This document shows positions 37,232 to 47,624 of a stretch of DNA of 64,000 bases, in pieces. The stretch spans positions 10,743 to 74,742 of the IMG/VR virus record IMGVR_UViG_3300022907_000007. One strand, given 5' to 3'. How positions within the stretch are numbered: position 1 is the stretch's first letter; each line of letters opens with the position of its first letter. This DNA comes from a virus. The position numbers and the translations under genes were made by a program. The notes beneath the pieces are model-generated. The model had not been told where the DNA came from and did no database searches. It saw only the letters and a program-made list of their open reading frames with translations.

Positions 37232-38748
37232 TGGCAGAAAGAAAGCCGTGGGAGATGGACTACGGTACTGCATCAGCAGTTGATGTTGCAGGAGCCGCTT
37301 TTACCAATTTGCCTGAGTCAACTTATAAGTTAGGTAAGCAGACCTATGAGGCGATTACTAGCCCATTAGAAACGGCAGATGTAATCACTAAACTGGGAGC
37401 GGGCTTATTACAACAGGCTTTGCCAGACGAGCTTGTTGACATGATAGGACGAGATCAGGAGTCAATTGATTTAGCCAAAAAAGTCGGCGAAATGTATGTG
37501 CAGAAATACGGAAGCATTGAAGGTTTCAAAAATGCTTTTGCAAATGATCCTGCAGGCATCATCAGTGACGTAGGTTTAGTCCTAGGTATTGGTTCTGCGC
37601 CTTTCGCGGCAAAAACTGGCGCTGTCGGTAGAACAGCTAGAGCAGGGCAAGCGACATCTAAGTACACAGATCCTTTAGGAGCGACTCTTGGTCTTGCAAC
37701 AGCCGGAGGTAAAGTCGCCTCTGAAGTTCTTGGAGCCACAACTGGTGTTGGCGGGACTCCAATACGAGAGGCTTTTGAAGCGGGAGCAGAAGGCGGCAAG
37801 CGAAGCGAATTGTTTGTAGAAAGCATGCGCGGGAAAAGAGACCCTGCCGCTGTGGTAGCTGATGCTATAGAGAACTTATCTCAACTAAAAAGACGCCGTA
37901 GTGAGCAGTATAGACAGTCGATGGCGCAGGGCGTGTTGAAAGACCCTACTACACTCAATTTTGCGGGAGTTGATGCGGCACTACAAAGTGGGTTTGATCG
38001 CTTCAGTTACGGTGGCAAGGTCACAAACCAACAAGGCGCTAGTGCGGTTGGTGATGTGAAGAAACTTGTTGATGAATGGAAGGCCGGAGACCCAAGCGTA
38101 TTTCACACAGTAGAAGGTTTTGATGCTCTAAAGAAGGCTATATGGGAAATCCAAGACAGCCTACCAATGGAAGCTAAAAGCGCGAGAGGTGCAATTGGCG
38201 ACATTTATAACACTGTAAAGTCAGATATCGTGAAACAAGCTCCTGACTACGGAAGAGTCATGAAGGGGTATGAAGAGGCAAGTCAGCTAATACGGGAAAT
38301 CGAAAAAACTTTATCTCTAAACCCTACCGCAACGATCGACACTAAATTGCGTAAGCTACAGTCGATTATGCGGAATAACGTAAACACTAATTATGGTCAG
38401 CGGGTAAAGTTAGTCGATGAACTCGAAGGTCAGCCTAATTTATTAAAGCCTCAGTTAGCAGGTCAATCTTTAGAGCAGGCAACTCCTCGCGGCATACAAA
38501 GCGCAACACAGCCAATGGCAATTGCCTCAACAGGATTTTTCCAAGGAATCCCAGAGGCAATAGGGTTAGCAGGTGCAAGCTCTCCGAGATTGATAGGAGA
38601 AATGGCTTACAAGCTAGGTCAGGCTAGAGGATTAGGCTCAAAACTTCCTGATATTCCGCTAGTGTATTCTCCTGAATTTAGATTGGCTCTGGCTGAGACA
38701 CAGCAGGCAAAAGAGCAAGCAAGCGGCAGAAAGCCTTGGGAGCGATAA
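37231..38748 (+). CDS. Putative ejection (DNA transfer) protein
   Basis: Helical ~505 aa, RKLQSIMRNNVNTNYG, SSPRLIGE. Confidence 0.6.
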   Translation: MAERKPWEMDYGTASAVDVAGAAFTNLPESTYKLGKQTYEAITSPLETADVITKLGAGLLQQALPDELVDMIGRDQESIDLAKKVGEMYVQKYGSIEGFKNAFANDPAGIISDVGLVLGIGSAPFAAKTGAVGRTARAGQATSKYTDPLGATLGLATAGGKVASEVLGATTGVGGTPIREAFEAGAEGGKRSELFVESMRGKRDPAAVVADAIENLSQLKRRRSEQYRQSMAQGVLKDPTTLNFAGVDAALQSGFDRFSYGGKVTNQQGASAVGDVKKLVDEWKAGDPSVFHTVEGFDALKKAIWEIQDSLPMEAKSARGAIGDIYNTVKSDIVKQAPDYGRVMKGYEEASQLIREIEKTLSLNPTATIDTKLRKLQSIMRNNVNTNYGQRVKLVDELEGQPNLLKPQLAGQSLEQATPRGIQSATQPMAIASTGFFQGIPEAIGLAGASSPRLIGEMAYKLGQARGLGSKLPDIPLVYSPEFRLALAETQQAKEQASGRKPWER

Positions 38749-38749
38749 A

Positions 38750-40858
38750 ATGACTCAAACACCTCAACCGATGAAGCCTGATCAAATCGAGTCGATCGCT
38801 AGCGAAGCCGTTAGTGACGCACTGGACTTCATCGAGTCAGAGATTTCAGAAGACCGCATCAAGGCACAGCGTTATTTCGATGGCGAGATCGATTTAGGCC
38901 ACGAGGAAGGCCGTAGCCGTGTTGTGGCTACAAAGGTGCGTGACACTATCCGCTCAGTCAAACCATCGCTGATGCGTATCTTCTTGTCGAATGAGAAGTA
39001 TGTTGAGTACATTCCGCGCTCACCACAAGACGTAGGGCAGGCAGAAACTGCTACCCGGTACGTCCACTCTACATTTACTGAGAACAACGGCTACCGCATC
39101 CTTCAGAATGCATTCCACGATGCCTTGTTGAAGAAGACAGGCGTTGTGAAAGTTTACTGGGATCAGTACACAAAGGGTAAAACCTACGAGCTTACTGGGC
39201 TGACCGAGCAAGAGTACCTGATGGTCACTCAGGAAGACGATATCGAGATCATCGAGCAATCGATGGAAACCTCGGTCTCTATGGATGAAATGGGCATGGA
39301 GATCGAAACCCCGATCTATGACGTAAAGCTCATGCGTAGGAAAGAAGGCGGGAAGCTCTGTGTTGAGCCAGTGCCGCCTGAAGAGTTCTTTGTCGATCGT
39401 GGCGCTAAATCAGTTGAAGACTTTTATGTTATCGGTCACCGCACAGAGATGCGCGTAGGTGATCTAGTCGCAATGGGCTATGACTTTGAAGAAGTCTCTG
39501 AACTGACAGGTATCTCTGAGCATGACACTCTGGCCGAGGCGGAAGACTTTGAGCGCCGTGGATACGAGCAGTCAGATGAGGAAGATATCAAAGACCCATC
39601 GATGCGTAAGGTAGCCGTCACAGAAGCATATATGCGGATGGACGTAGACGGCACTGGCGTCCCAATGATGTACAAAATCACGTTGGGCGGCGGCCAGTAT
39701 AAGTTGCTCGATTATGAGCCATGCGATGACGTACCGTTCGCAATTTTTGAGGTAGACCCGGAACCACATGCATTCTTTGGCCGGTCAATGGCTGACCTGA
39801 TCCTTGACGATCAGGATGCGGCAACATCGATTCTGCGTGGAGTCCTCGACAATATCGCAATGACCAACAACCCGCGCCTGTCGATGGTAGAAGGTCAGGT
39901 CAACATCGATGATCTGCTCAACAACGAAATCGGCGGTATCGTCCGCGTTAAAGATCCAAGCGCCATACAGCAACTTGGAGTGCCATTCGCCGCAGGTCAG
40001 ACGCTAGCGGCTCTGGAATACTACAATCAGGTTGTCGAGCAAAAGACTGGCGTTTCTCGTGCATCGAACGGGCTAGACCCAGACGCACTGCAGAATACCA
40101 CTGCAACTGCTGTGGCGATGACAGCGCAGGCCCAGGCAGGGCAGATCGAGGTAATCGCTCGGAACCTTGCAGAAGGCGGCATGACGCAGTTATTCAAGCT
40201 CATGCTCAAATTGCTTGCTGAGAACTCTCCAGACGAGACGCTGATGAAGATAGCAGGTGACCAGTTCGCGCCGATCGATCCGCGCTCGTGGAATGTCGAG
40301 ATGGGCGTATCAGTCAACGTAGGCTTAGGAACTGGCAAGGAAGATCAGCAGGCCGCTGTTCTACAGGCCACACTGCAAACACAGATGAACATATGGCAGA
40401 CCTATGGCCCGATGAACGGCTTGGTGTCTATGGTCACAATTCGCAACACACTTGCAGATATCCTCGCACTAGGCGGTGTTCGTAACTCTGACAGGTACTA
40501 CCTGCCAATGAACCCACAGCAGGAGCAGATGCTGATTCAACAGCAACAGCAGATGCAGGCGCAACAGCAAGCAGGTCAGCAAGATCAGCAGGCTCAGGCA
40601 CTGGTGCAGGCAGAAACAATCCGGGCGCAGGCCAAGGCTCAGTCTGACATGGCGAAGATCCAGTTGGACGCACAGAAGGCTCTGGCATCAGATGACAGAG
40701 AGCGCGACAAGATGGATCAGGATCTATTGATCAAGGCGGCAGAGGTGATCGGAAAGTACGGCACAGCGGTAGACGTAGAGCGCATCAAGGCAATGCAAGC
40801 AGAGCCACGATTTGCGGATACATCACCACAGCAGGCTGTGACGCAGGCTAGATATTAA
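38750..40858 (+). CDS. Portal protein (phage B, P22-like)
   Basis: VPPEEFFVD, PHAFFGRS, Gln-rich barrel; upstream of scaffold/MCP. Confidence 0.85.
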   Translation: MTQTPQPMKPDQIESIASEAVSDALDFIESEISEDRIKAQRYFDGEIDLGHEEGRSRVVATKVRDTIRSVKPSLMRIFLSNEKYVEYIPRSPQDVGQAETATRYVHSTFTENNGYRILQNAFHDALLKKTGVVKVYWDQYTKGKTYELTGLTEQEYLMVTQEDDIEIIEQSMETSVSMDEMGMEIETPIYDVKLMRRKEGGKLCVEPVPPEEFFVDRGAKSVEDFYVIGHRTEMRVGDLVAMGYDFEEVSELTGISEHDTLAEAEDFERRGYEQSDEEDIKDPSMRKVAVTEAYMRMDVDGTGVPMMYKITLGGGQYKLLDYEPCDDVPFAIFEVDPEPHAFFGRSMADLILDDQDAATSILRGVLDNIAMTNNPRLSMVEGQVNIDDLLNNEIGGIVRVKDPSAIQQLGVPFAAGQTLAALEYYNQVVEQKTGVSRASNGLDPDALQNTTATAVAMTAQAQAGQIEVIARNLAEGGMTQLFKLMLKLLAENSPDETLMKIAGDQFAPIDPRSWNVEMGVSVNVGLGTGKEDQQAAVLQATLQTQMNIWQTYGPMNGLVSMVTIRNTLADILALGGVRNSDRYYLPMNPQQEQMLIQQQQQMQAQQQAGQQDQQAQALVQAETIRAQAKAQSDMAKIQLDAQKALASDDRERDKMDQDLLIKAAEVIGKYGTAVDVERIKAMQAEPRFADTSPQQAVTQARY

Positions 40859-41091
40859 TGTCAAACATTAAGGATAAGGCTACCAAGATCCGCATGCTGA
40901 TGAAGGATGAAACCTTCAAAGAAGTGATGCAAGGCGTGAGAACGGCGCAGGTTGGTGTATTTTTATCCAGTAGTGCTACAATCGAGTCTGTTGAAGAAGC
41001 GCATCAAATTGTTGTTGCGCTTGATAAAATTGAGGCGTACATGCAAACCGTATTAGATGACGAGGCAGTGTACGACAAGAAACATTCATAA
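40858..41091 (+). CDS. Hypothetical protein
   Basis: Coupled ORF between portal and scaffold. Confidence 0.65.
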   Translation: MSNIKDKATKIRMLMKDETFKEVMQGVRTAQVGVFLSSSATIESVEEAHQIVVALDKIEAYMQTVLDDEAVYDKKHS

Positions 41092-41109
41092 CACTGGAGA
41101 CACTGTACC

Positions 41110-42117
41110 GTGGAAACGACAGAATCTGGTAATACTGCACTGAGTTTAGACTCAGCGGCAGATTTGCTAATACAGGATCAGCAACCTGAGCAAGCTGAAG
41201 AGGTAGCAGAAGTTGAGGAGGAGCAACCCGTAGAGGACTCTTTCGATGAAGCGGATGACTCGGAGGATGCTGAGGTTGAGGAAGTCGATGCCGATGAAGT
41301 CGAGGAGATCGATGACGAGGCAGAAGACGAGGAGTACGAAGACACAGAGGAAGACGATGAGGAATCTGACCCTGCGCTAGAAAGCTATACCGTAAAGGTA
41401 GACGGCCAAGAAAAGCAGGTAACTCTAGAAGAACTCAAGCGTGGTTACTCAGGTCAGCAGTACGTCCAAAAGGGCATGCAGGAAGCGGCTGAGGCTCGGA
41501 AACAAGCTGAAGGCGTCTATGAAGCCCTGATGCAAGAAAGACAAAATCTTGCACAATTGGTACAGATGGCACAGGCAGGTGATCTTGCCCCGCCAAAAGA
41601 ACCTAGCAAAGAGTTGTTTGACGCAGATCCGATTGGCTATATGGAAGCCAAGATGAACTACGATGAACAGATGAAGGCATACGGCGAGAAGCAACAGGCA
41701 TTGCATCAGCAACTGCAAGCGCAGTCTGAGGCAGAGCAAAGAGCAAGATCGGTGTATGCACAACAGGAAGCTCAAAAGCTAGTAGAACTCGTCCCTGAGT
41801 TACGAGACGCCGGTAAGGCATCGCAGTTCAAGGATAAGGTAGTGAAAGCGGCGACAGAGGTCTACGGCTATACGCCAGACGAGATCGCTAACATCCAAAG
41901 TCACAGAGACTTTATGGTTCTCAGGGACGCGATGCTCTACCGCGAGATGATGGCAGGCAAGGAAAATGTTCAGAAGAAGGCCAAAAAGGCCAGACCGATG
42001 ATCAAGCCCGGAGCCAAAAAAGTCAGTACCAATAATGACGTAGTCCGCAAAAAGCGGGCAACACTGAAGAAGACAGGTAGCATCAACGATGCCTTGTCAC
42101 TGATTTTAGATAACTAA
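41110..42117 (+). CDS. Scaffolding protein (phage B)
   Basis: Acidic N-terminus, YTVKVDGQEKQVTLEELKRGYS. Confidence 0.8.
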   Translation: METTESGNTALSLDSAADLLIQDQQPEQAEEVAEVEEEQPVEDSFDEADDSEDAEVEEVDADEVEEIDDEAEDEEYEDTEEDDEESDPALESYTVKVDGQEKQVTLEELKRGYSGQQYVQKGMQEAAEARKQAEGVYEALMQERQNLAQLVQMAQAGDLAPPKEPSKELFDADPIGYMEAKMNYDEQMKAYGEKQQALHQQLQAQSEAEQRARSVYAQQEAQKLVELVPELRDAGKASQFKDKVVKAATEVYGYTPDEIANIQSHRDFMVLRDAMLYREMMAGKENVQKKAKKARPMIKPGAKKVSTNNDVVRKKRATLKKTGSINDALSLILDN

Positions 42118-42145
42118 GCTAAGTTCTTGATTTAGGAGAAGAATC

Positions 42146-43120
42146 ATGGCGCAACCATCGAACACGTTCGACTCATATGACGCGGTCGGCATACGGGAAG
42201 ACCTAGAAGACATCATCTATGATGTGTCTCCAGAGGAAACTCCATTCTATTCAGCCTGCGCGAAAGTAAAGGCAACTAACACGTTCCACGAGTGGCAGAC
42301 AGACGCATTGCGTTCATCTGCGGCAAACGCTCACGTTGAAGGTGATGACACAACTGCTGAAGCTCGCACAGCGACTTCACGTTTGGGCAACTACACTCAG
42401 ATCTTCAAGAACGCAGTATCTGTTCCTGACACTGACGATGGCCTGAACAAAGCAGGACGCGCAAAGGAAATTGCCTATGCCACGCTCCGCATGGCTAAAG
42501 AGCAAAAGCTCGACATTGAAAAGGCATTGTTCGACAACAACGCTCGTGTAGCAGGTAGCTCTTCAGTTGCCCGTGAATTGGCGGGCGCTCCTGCGTGGAT
42601 GATCACTAACACTGACTTTGTTACTGGCGGCGCGACTGACGGTGCAGATCCTACTGGTGACGGTACTGACGCTCGTACAGATGCTGTTGGCTCGTTAACA
42701 GCGTTCAGCCAAACTAAGTTTGACGGTGTTATGCAGTCAATCTGGGAGCAGGGTGGTAACCCAGACGTTGTTTACTTGTCAGCGTTCCAGATGAACAAAG
42801 CTCTGGGCTTCACTGGCATGAACAATCAGCGTTCAACTATCGGCGCTTCTGTTGGTGGTACTAACGCGGTAATCAACGCAGTAGATGTCTACGTTACTCC
42901 TTGGGGTACTGTAGAGTTCATTCCTACTCGTGAAAACCGTTCGCGTGACGTATTCATCATGCAGAACGACATGTGGGCTGTTGGCGTATTGCGTCCAACT
43001 AAGAACACACAGTTGGCTAAGACTGGCGACTCAACTCGCCGTCAGGTCATCACTGAACTCACTCTTGTTTGTAAGAACGAGAAGGCTTCAGGGATCATCG
43101 CTGACAACACAACTTCTTAA
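42146..43120 (+). CDS. Major capsid protein (phage B, DUF5309/SU10-like)
   Basis: GIREDL.D.IY.VSP.ETPF, HEWQTD, NYTQIF, LAKTGD. Confidence 0.9.
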   Translation: MAQPSNTFDSYDAVGIREDLEDIIYDVSPEETPFYSACAKVKATNTFHEWQTDALRSSAANAHVEGDDTTAEARTATSRLGNYTQIFKNAVSVPDTDDGLNKAGRAKEIAYATLRMAKEQKLDIEKALFDNNARVAGSSSVARELAGAPAWMITNTDFVTGGATDGADPTGDGTDARTDAVGSLTAFSQTKFDGVMQSIWEQGGNPDVVYLSAFQMNKALGFTGMNNQRSTIGASVGGTNAVINAVDVYVTPWGTVEFIPTRENRSRDVFIMQNDMWAVGVLRPTKNTQLAKTGDSTRRQVITELTLVCKNEKASGIIADNTTS

Positions 43121-43133
43121 TGAAGTGACCAAG

Positions 43134-43160
43134 GAAGGGGCTACGGCCCCTTTCTGCTTT
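43134..43160 (+). terminator. Terminator after MCP
   Basis: AAGGGGC-TACG-GCCCCTT-TCTGCTTT. Confidence 0.75.
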
Positions 43161-43172
43161 GGGAGATAGACA

Positions 43173-43355
43173 ATGGCTAAATATAAAGTCGTAGTTGGAA
43201 CACTATTTTTGGCAGGTCAGAAGTACCGCCGTGGCGACATCGTTGAATGCGCTAACCCAGAATTGCATGGAACCCGACTGGAGCCAGTCGTGGAGCCAAA
43301 GGTAGAAGAGAAGCCAAAACCTGCTCGTAAGCCACGGGCTAAGAAGGCGGAATGA
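43173..43355 (+). CDS. Hypothetical protein
   Basis: GGAG RBS. Confidence 0.6.
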   Translation: MAKYKVVVGTLFLAGQKYRRGDIVECANPELHGTRLEPVVEPKVEEKPKPARKPRAKKAE

Positions 43356-43642
43356 AACTAGGCGAGAAGATTCTGTATGACCACACAAACGACAAAGTGG
43401 TAATCCAGAAGACTCATGACGTTACCCCTGAGATGCATCGCGCACAGATGTTGCGTGAGGCAGGTGCAGGCCAGAATGGTGAGCATCGGCTCGTAGGAAC
43501 AATTCCACTGAACCTTATTGCAGAGTGGTGCAAAGAGGCAGGCGTAAAGTGGAATGACACTCAAGCCCGGCAGGAAGTTGTAAAGCGCAAGATCCTGTCT
43601 GGAGACTTTGACAAGTTCAGGGTTTGGAAGGGAACGTATTGA
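43352..43642 (+). CDS. Hypothetical protein
   Basis: Coupled ORF. Confidence 0.65.
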   Translation: MKLGEKILYDHTNDKVVIQKTHDVTPEMHRAQMLREAGAGQNGEHRLVGTIPLNLIAEWCKEAGVKWNDTQARQEVVKRKILSGDFDKFRVWKGTY

Positions 43643-43643
43643 G

Positions 43644-43838
43644 GTGGATAGGCGGACTGCGGCTTCTGCTCATAAGCGAATTGATGATCTGGAGAAACAA
43701 CTCGTGAAACATGAGGCTGTATCTACAGAGCGTTGGACAGAAACAATATTACGAATCAAGAGGATTGAGGCGATCATGATCGGGACAGCGGGTGCTACCA
43801 TCATGCTCCTGATCACCCTGTTAACCAAAACGGGATAG
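43644..43838 (+). CDS. Coiled-coil plus C-terminal TM protein
   Basis: Hydrophobic C-terminus; GTG start inferred. Confidence 0.55.
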   Translation: MDRRTAASAHKRIDDLEKQLVKHEAVSTERWTETILRIKRIEAIMIGTAGATIMLLITLLTKTG

Positions 43839-43844
43839 AGAGCC

Positions 43845-44294
43845 ATGATATTTGAGGCCATAGCCGCTATTAAGATTGCCAACGAGGCGATCGGCGCGAT
43901 CAAGGAATTTGCGGGCCACGTTTCTTCTGTAGGAGAGATGGGCAAAGATTTAACGAAATTGGCAGACGCCAAGGACGATATCGAGAAGGCGGCTAAGGAC
44001 GGCGACATGGAAGCGTTCTGGGCTTTAGAAGATATCAAGCGGCACGAGGCTGAGGTAAAGCAACAGTTCATCTACGCGGGACGCGCAGGGCTGTGGGACG
44101 ATTACTGTAAGTTCATAGCAAACCGCAAGCAACTGCGTGAGAACGAGCGGAAACGTGCAGAAGCTAAAAAACTGGCTCGTAAAAAAGCCATACAGAATGG
44201 ATTCCTGTATGTGGCTATTGGCATTGCTGTCCTCGGTGCTGTGGGCGGGGCCGTGGCCTTACTACTGTGGCTTATTAGCCTTAAAGGTACTTAG
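43845..44294 (+). CDS. Coiled-coil protein with C-terminal TM helix
   Basis: Hydrophobic stretch near the C-terminus. Confidence 0.6.
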   Translation: MIFEAIAAIKIANEAIGAIKEFAGHVSSVGEMGKDLTKLADAKDDIEKAAKDGDMEAFWALEDIKRHEAEVKQQFIYAGRAGLWDDYCKFIANRKQLRENERKRAEAKKLARKKAIQNGFLYVAIGIAVLGAVGGAVALLLWLISLKGT

Positions 44295-44296
44295 AG

Positions 44297-44548
44297 ATGG
44301 CTATCGTATACCGTGGTGAAAAATTCAGCGGCTACAACAAGCCGAAGAGAACGCCGGGAGCATCCAAGAAGTTTGCGGTGCTAGCCAAAGAAGGCGAGAC
44401 GATCCGACTCATCCGATTCGGTGATCCTAATATGACGATCAAGAAATCAAACCCAGAACGCAGAAAATCTTTCAGAGCGCGGCATCGCTGTGACAGCAGT
44501 CCGCCGTCAAAACTAACGGCCAGATACTGGTCATGCAAGAAGTGGTGA
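44297..44548 (+). CDS. Small basic protein
   Basis: RFGDPNM...RRKSFRARHRC...ARYWSCKKW. Confidence 0.7.
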   Translation: MAIVYRGEKFSGYNKPKRTPGASKKFAVLAKEGETIRLIRFGDPNMTIKKSNPERRKSFRARHRCDSSPPSKLTARYWSCKKW

Positions 44549-44553
44549 AAACT

Positions 44554-44688
44554 ATGGCTAAGAAAGCATATGGCAAGAAGATGTCACAGAACAGCAAGGC
44601 GCAGAAGGGGTTCACGCCATGCAGTCGTTGCCCCAACCCTAGCTCCTGTAAGAAAGCAGGAATGTGTCTCGCACAGGCAATGTCATGA
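44554..44688 (+). CDS. Small basic Cys-rich peptide (44 aa)
   Basis: Manually translated MAKKAYGKK...PCSRCPNPSSCKKAGMC. Confidence 0.5.
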   Translation: MAKKAYGKKMSQNSKAQKGFTPCSRCPNPSSCKKAGMCLAQAMS

Positions 44689-44846
44689 GCCTGTACGCGA
44701 ACATCCACAAGAAACGGAAACGTATCAAGGCAGGCTCGAAAGAGACGATGCGGAAGCCGGGGACTAAAGGCGCTCCAACTGATGCGGCATTTGCTAAGGC
44801 AAAAAAGACTGCTAAGAAGCCAAAGAAAAGGACTAAGAAGTCATGA
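44685..44846 (+). CDS. Lys-rich small protein
   Basis: MSLYANIHKKRKRIKAGS...KGAPT. Confidence 0.6.
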   Translation: MSLYANIHKKRKRIKAGSKETMRKPGTKGAPTDAAFAKAKKTAKKPKKRTKKS

Positions 44847-45160
44847 CATTTGATCAAGTTGACCAGAATGGCGATGGTTTCATCGATCAGGCTGAATGGG
44901 AACGCATGAAGCTAGATGCAGAACGTGAGCGTCTAGCTGACGAGAACAATGACAGAGATGCTAAAAGAAAGATGTGTTATTTCTGCTTGGCGGGGATGTT
45001 GATGTATCCGGCGGCAGTGGTAATCACTGAGATGCTTAAACTCCCTACGGCAAGCCAATTATTATCATCAATGGCTAACATCTACTACCCTTCTGTTAGT
45101 TTGGTGGTAGGTAGTTACTTTGGCTTCAGCGCAATGTCTGGCAAGGATAAGGCAAAGTAA
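44843..45160 (+). CDS. EF-hand-like plus two-TM membrane protein
   Basis: DQNGDGFIDQAE loop; two hydrophobic segments. Confidence 0.6.
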   Translation: MTFDQVDQNGDGFIDQAEWERMKLDAERERLADENNDRDAKRKMCYFCLAGMLMYPAAVVITEMLKLPTASQLLSSMANIYYPSVSLVVGSYFGFSAMSGKDKAK

Positions 45161-45280
45161 TGAAAACCTGTCTGTACTCCTACACTAAGGGAATGTACGA
45201 GACAGAGTGCGGATTAAAAGCATTGTTGCGCCCACATCATCGGTGCGATAAATGCGGTAGGAAAGCAGAAGAGGTGCGCT

Positions 45281-45427
45281 ATGCCACTGACAGCGAAAGG
45301 CAAGAAGATCATGAAAGAGATGATCGATCAGTACGGTAGGGACAAGGGTGAGTCCATGTTCTACGCGATGGAACGCTCAGGCAAACTGAAGGGCGTGGCA
45401 GGCAAAAGGAAGAAACGCAATGCTTAA
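45281..45427 (+). CDS. Small basic protein (48 aa)
   Basis: Manually translated MPLTAKGKKIM...; GAGG RBS. Confidence 0.55.
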   Translation: MPLTAKGKKIMKEMIDQYGRDKGESMFYAMERSGKLKGVAGKRKKRNA

Positions 45428-45797
45428 CATGTTACTCGGCCCGGCTCTTGAGCTAGGCAAGGACTTTCTGAAAGGGAAGGCGGAAGAAAAGAAAGCAATC
45501 CAACAGCGGAAGATCAACCAGATCAACAGTGACGCTGACTGGGAAGCTAAGATGGCTGACGCCACTAAATCATCATGGAAAGATGAGTGGTTTTCCTTGA
45601 TTCTAAGTGCGCCTTTGATTGCCGTGGCATATAGCGTGGCAATGGATGACACCGCTATCATTACAAGGATGGATGAGGCTTTCACTGCGCTCAACTCACT
45701 GCCTGAATGGTATCAGTACCTGCTTTTTATAGCGGTCAGCGCGTCATTTGGTGTTAAGGGTGCGGACAAGATTATGAGCATGCGGGGTAAAAAATGA
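45420..45797 (+). CDS. Putative holin
   Basis: SWKDEW, TM segments, LPEWYQY; directly before endolysin. Confidence 0.6.
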   Translation: MLNMLLGPALELGKDFLKGKAEEKKAIQQRKINQINSDADWEAKMADATKSSWKDEWFSLILSAPLIAVAYSVAMDDTAIITRMDEAFTALNSLPEWYQYLLFIAVSASFGVKGADKIMSMRGKK

Positions 45798-46312
45798 TCG
45801 AGAATTATCAGCAATGTCTAGAAATGCTGTTGCATCATGAAGGCGGCTTTGTAAACCATCCTGCCGATCCCGGCGGAATGACTAACCTTGGAGTGACCAA
45901 GAAGGTCTACGAAGATTATCTGGGCCGAGAGGTCACAGAGGATGAGATGCGAGCTTTGACGCCAGAGGATGTCGCGCCACTGTACAAGCGTAATTATTGG
46001 GACAGGGTGAAAGGTGATGATTTGCCGTCTGGTCTTGATTGGGCTGTTTTTGATTGGGCTGTTAATAGTGGGACTGGCCGGAGTGCAAAAGCTCTCCAAA
46101 CGTGTATCGGAACTACAGCAGATGGAGCGATCGGCCCTAACACACTGAAGAAACTTGCTGAGTTTGATCCTAAAGAGATCGTTATGCAGATGTTTGAGGC
46201 GCGTCAGGCGTTCTACGAGAGCCTGTCTACCTTTGACACGTTCGGCAAGGGATGGACACGCAGGAACAGCGAGACACTCGATCAAGCAATCGCAATGTTA
46301 GAAAACAAATAA
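45794..46312 (+). CDS. Endolysin, GH108 family with peptidoglycan-binding domain
   Basis: HEGGFVNHPADPGGMTNLGVT, FDWAVNSG, DGAIGPNT, FGKGWTRR. Confidence 0.9.
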   Translation: MIENYQQCLEMLLHHEGGFVNHPADPGGMTNLGVTKKVYEDYLGREVTEDEMRALTPEDVAPLYKRNYWDRVKGDDLPSGLDWAVFDWAVNSGTGRSAKALQTCIGTTADGAIGPNTLKKLAEFDPKEIVMQMFEARQAFYESLSTFDTFGKGWTRRNSETLDQAIAMLENK

Positions 46313-46373
46313 TGTTGCACAGATAAACATAATATGTTGTAATTCTCCTGTTGTTTACCAATGGGAGAATGCA

Positions 46374-47006
46374 ATGAAAAATCAAACAACACTAATGGCC
46401 CGTGTCTGGGCTGACCTATCTGCGATCAACGTCAACGATCACATCCAAAAGAAAGGCAACTTGTCCTATCTGTCTTGGGCTTGGGCTTGGTCAACTCTTA
46501 TGACTAAATACCCTGAGTCGTACTACGTCTTCCAAGACACCCGTACTGAAAACGGTACGGTAATGGTTGAGTGCGTCCTGACTATTCATGAAGGCGAAGA
46601 GGTTGCCACGCGCACAATGTGGTTGCCGGTCATGGATCACAAGAACAAGGCGATCGTTGACCCTGACACTCGTGCGATATCTGACACACGCATGCGCTGT
46701 CTTGTGAAGTGCCTCGCTATGTTTGGTCTAGGTTTCTACATCTATGCAGGTGAAGACATCCCGCAGGCTGAGAAAGAAGCCCTAGATCAGCCGATCGACA
46801 AGGCTCAGGCTCAACGCCTCAATGAGATGTTGGACTACTCAGGAACCGACATACAGAAGTTCCTAGCGCACTATCGGATCAGTTCTGTGTCCGAGCTACC
46901 ACAATCGCATCATGAGCAGGCGTATAACGCGCTGTCGCAGAAGATCTCGCAAATGGAAGCCCAGACTGCGCAAGCTGATAACGAGTTGTCAGATGTCGAT
47001 CTGTAA
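46374..47006 (+). CDS. Sak-like single-strand annealing recombinase (DUF1071)
   Basis: LSYLSWAWAW, WLPVMD, MRCLVKCLAMFGLGFYIYAGED. Confidence 0.85.
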   Translation: MKNQTTLMARVWADLSAINVNDHIQKKGNLSYLSWAWAWSTLMTKYPESYYVFQDTRTENGTVMVECVLTIHEGEEVATRTMWLPVMDHKNKAIVDPDTRAISDTRMRCLVKCLAMFGLGFYIYAGEDIPQAEKEALDQPIDKAQAQRLNEMLDYSGTDIQKFLAHYRISSVSELPQSHHEQAYNALSQKISQMEAQTAQADNELSDVDL

Positions 47007-47018
47007 GGGGCAAGCACG

Positions 47019-47624
47019 ATGAGAATGATCAATCACGAGCAAGGGACACAGGAGTGGCTGAACAGCCGCCTAGGCTGTCCTAGTGGGTCAGGATTCGACA
47101 AGTTGATTCAGGCCAGTGGCAAGCCTTCTACGCAGGCTGAAGGGTACATTAATCAGTTAATCGCTGAATTGATGACCGGGCAGACCACAGAAGTCAAAGT
47201 CACTGAGTGGATGCAACGGGGAACTGAACTGGAGCCGATGGCGCGTAACTTTTACGAGCTAGCGTCAGGCAATGACGTTGAAGAGGTTGGGTTTTGCAAG
47301 CATGACGTTTTGGAGTGCGGTGTAAGCCCTGATGGACTGATTGGTGAGGATGGCGGGCTAGAGATTAAATGCCCGACTCCTGCAACACATATTGCTTATT
47401 TACGGGCAGGTGTGTTACCAACTAAATACAAACAGCAGGTGATGGGCTGTATGTGGATCACTGGCAGGCAGTGGTGGGACTTTGTGTCTTACCACGAGAC
47501 GATGCCTGCGCTGATCGTCAGAGTCGAACGTGACGATGACTACATCACGCTACTGGCTGATGAGGTATCAAAGGCCGTAGACACAATTCAATTAGAAGTT
47601 AATCGATTAAGGAAAATGCAATGA
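47019..47624 (+). CDS. YqaJ / lambda-type exonuclease
   Basis: QGTQEWL..R, RGTELEP.AR, SPDGL, LEIKCP, QVMGCMW. Confidence 0.9.
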   Translation: MRMINHEQGTQEWLNSRLGCPSGSGFDKLIQASGKPSTQAEGYINQLIAELMTGQTTEVKVTEWMQRGTELEPMARNFYELASGNDVEEVGFCKHDVLECGVSPDGLIGEDGGLEIKCPTPATHIAYLRAGVLPTKYKQQVMGCMWITGRQWWDFVSYHETMPALIVRVERDDDYITLLADEVSKAVDTIQLEVNRLRKMQ

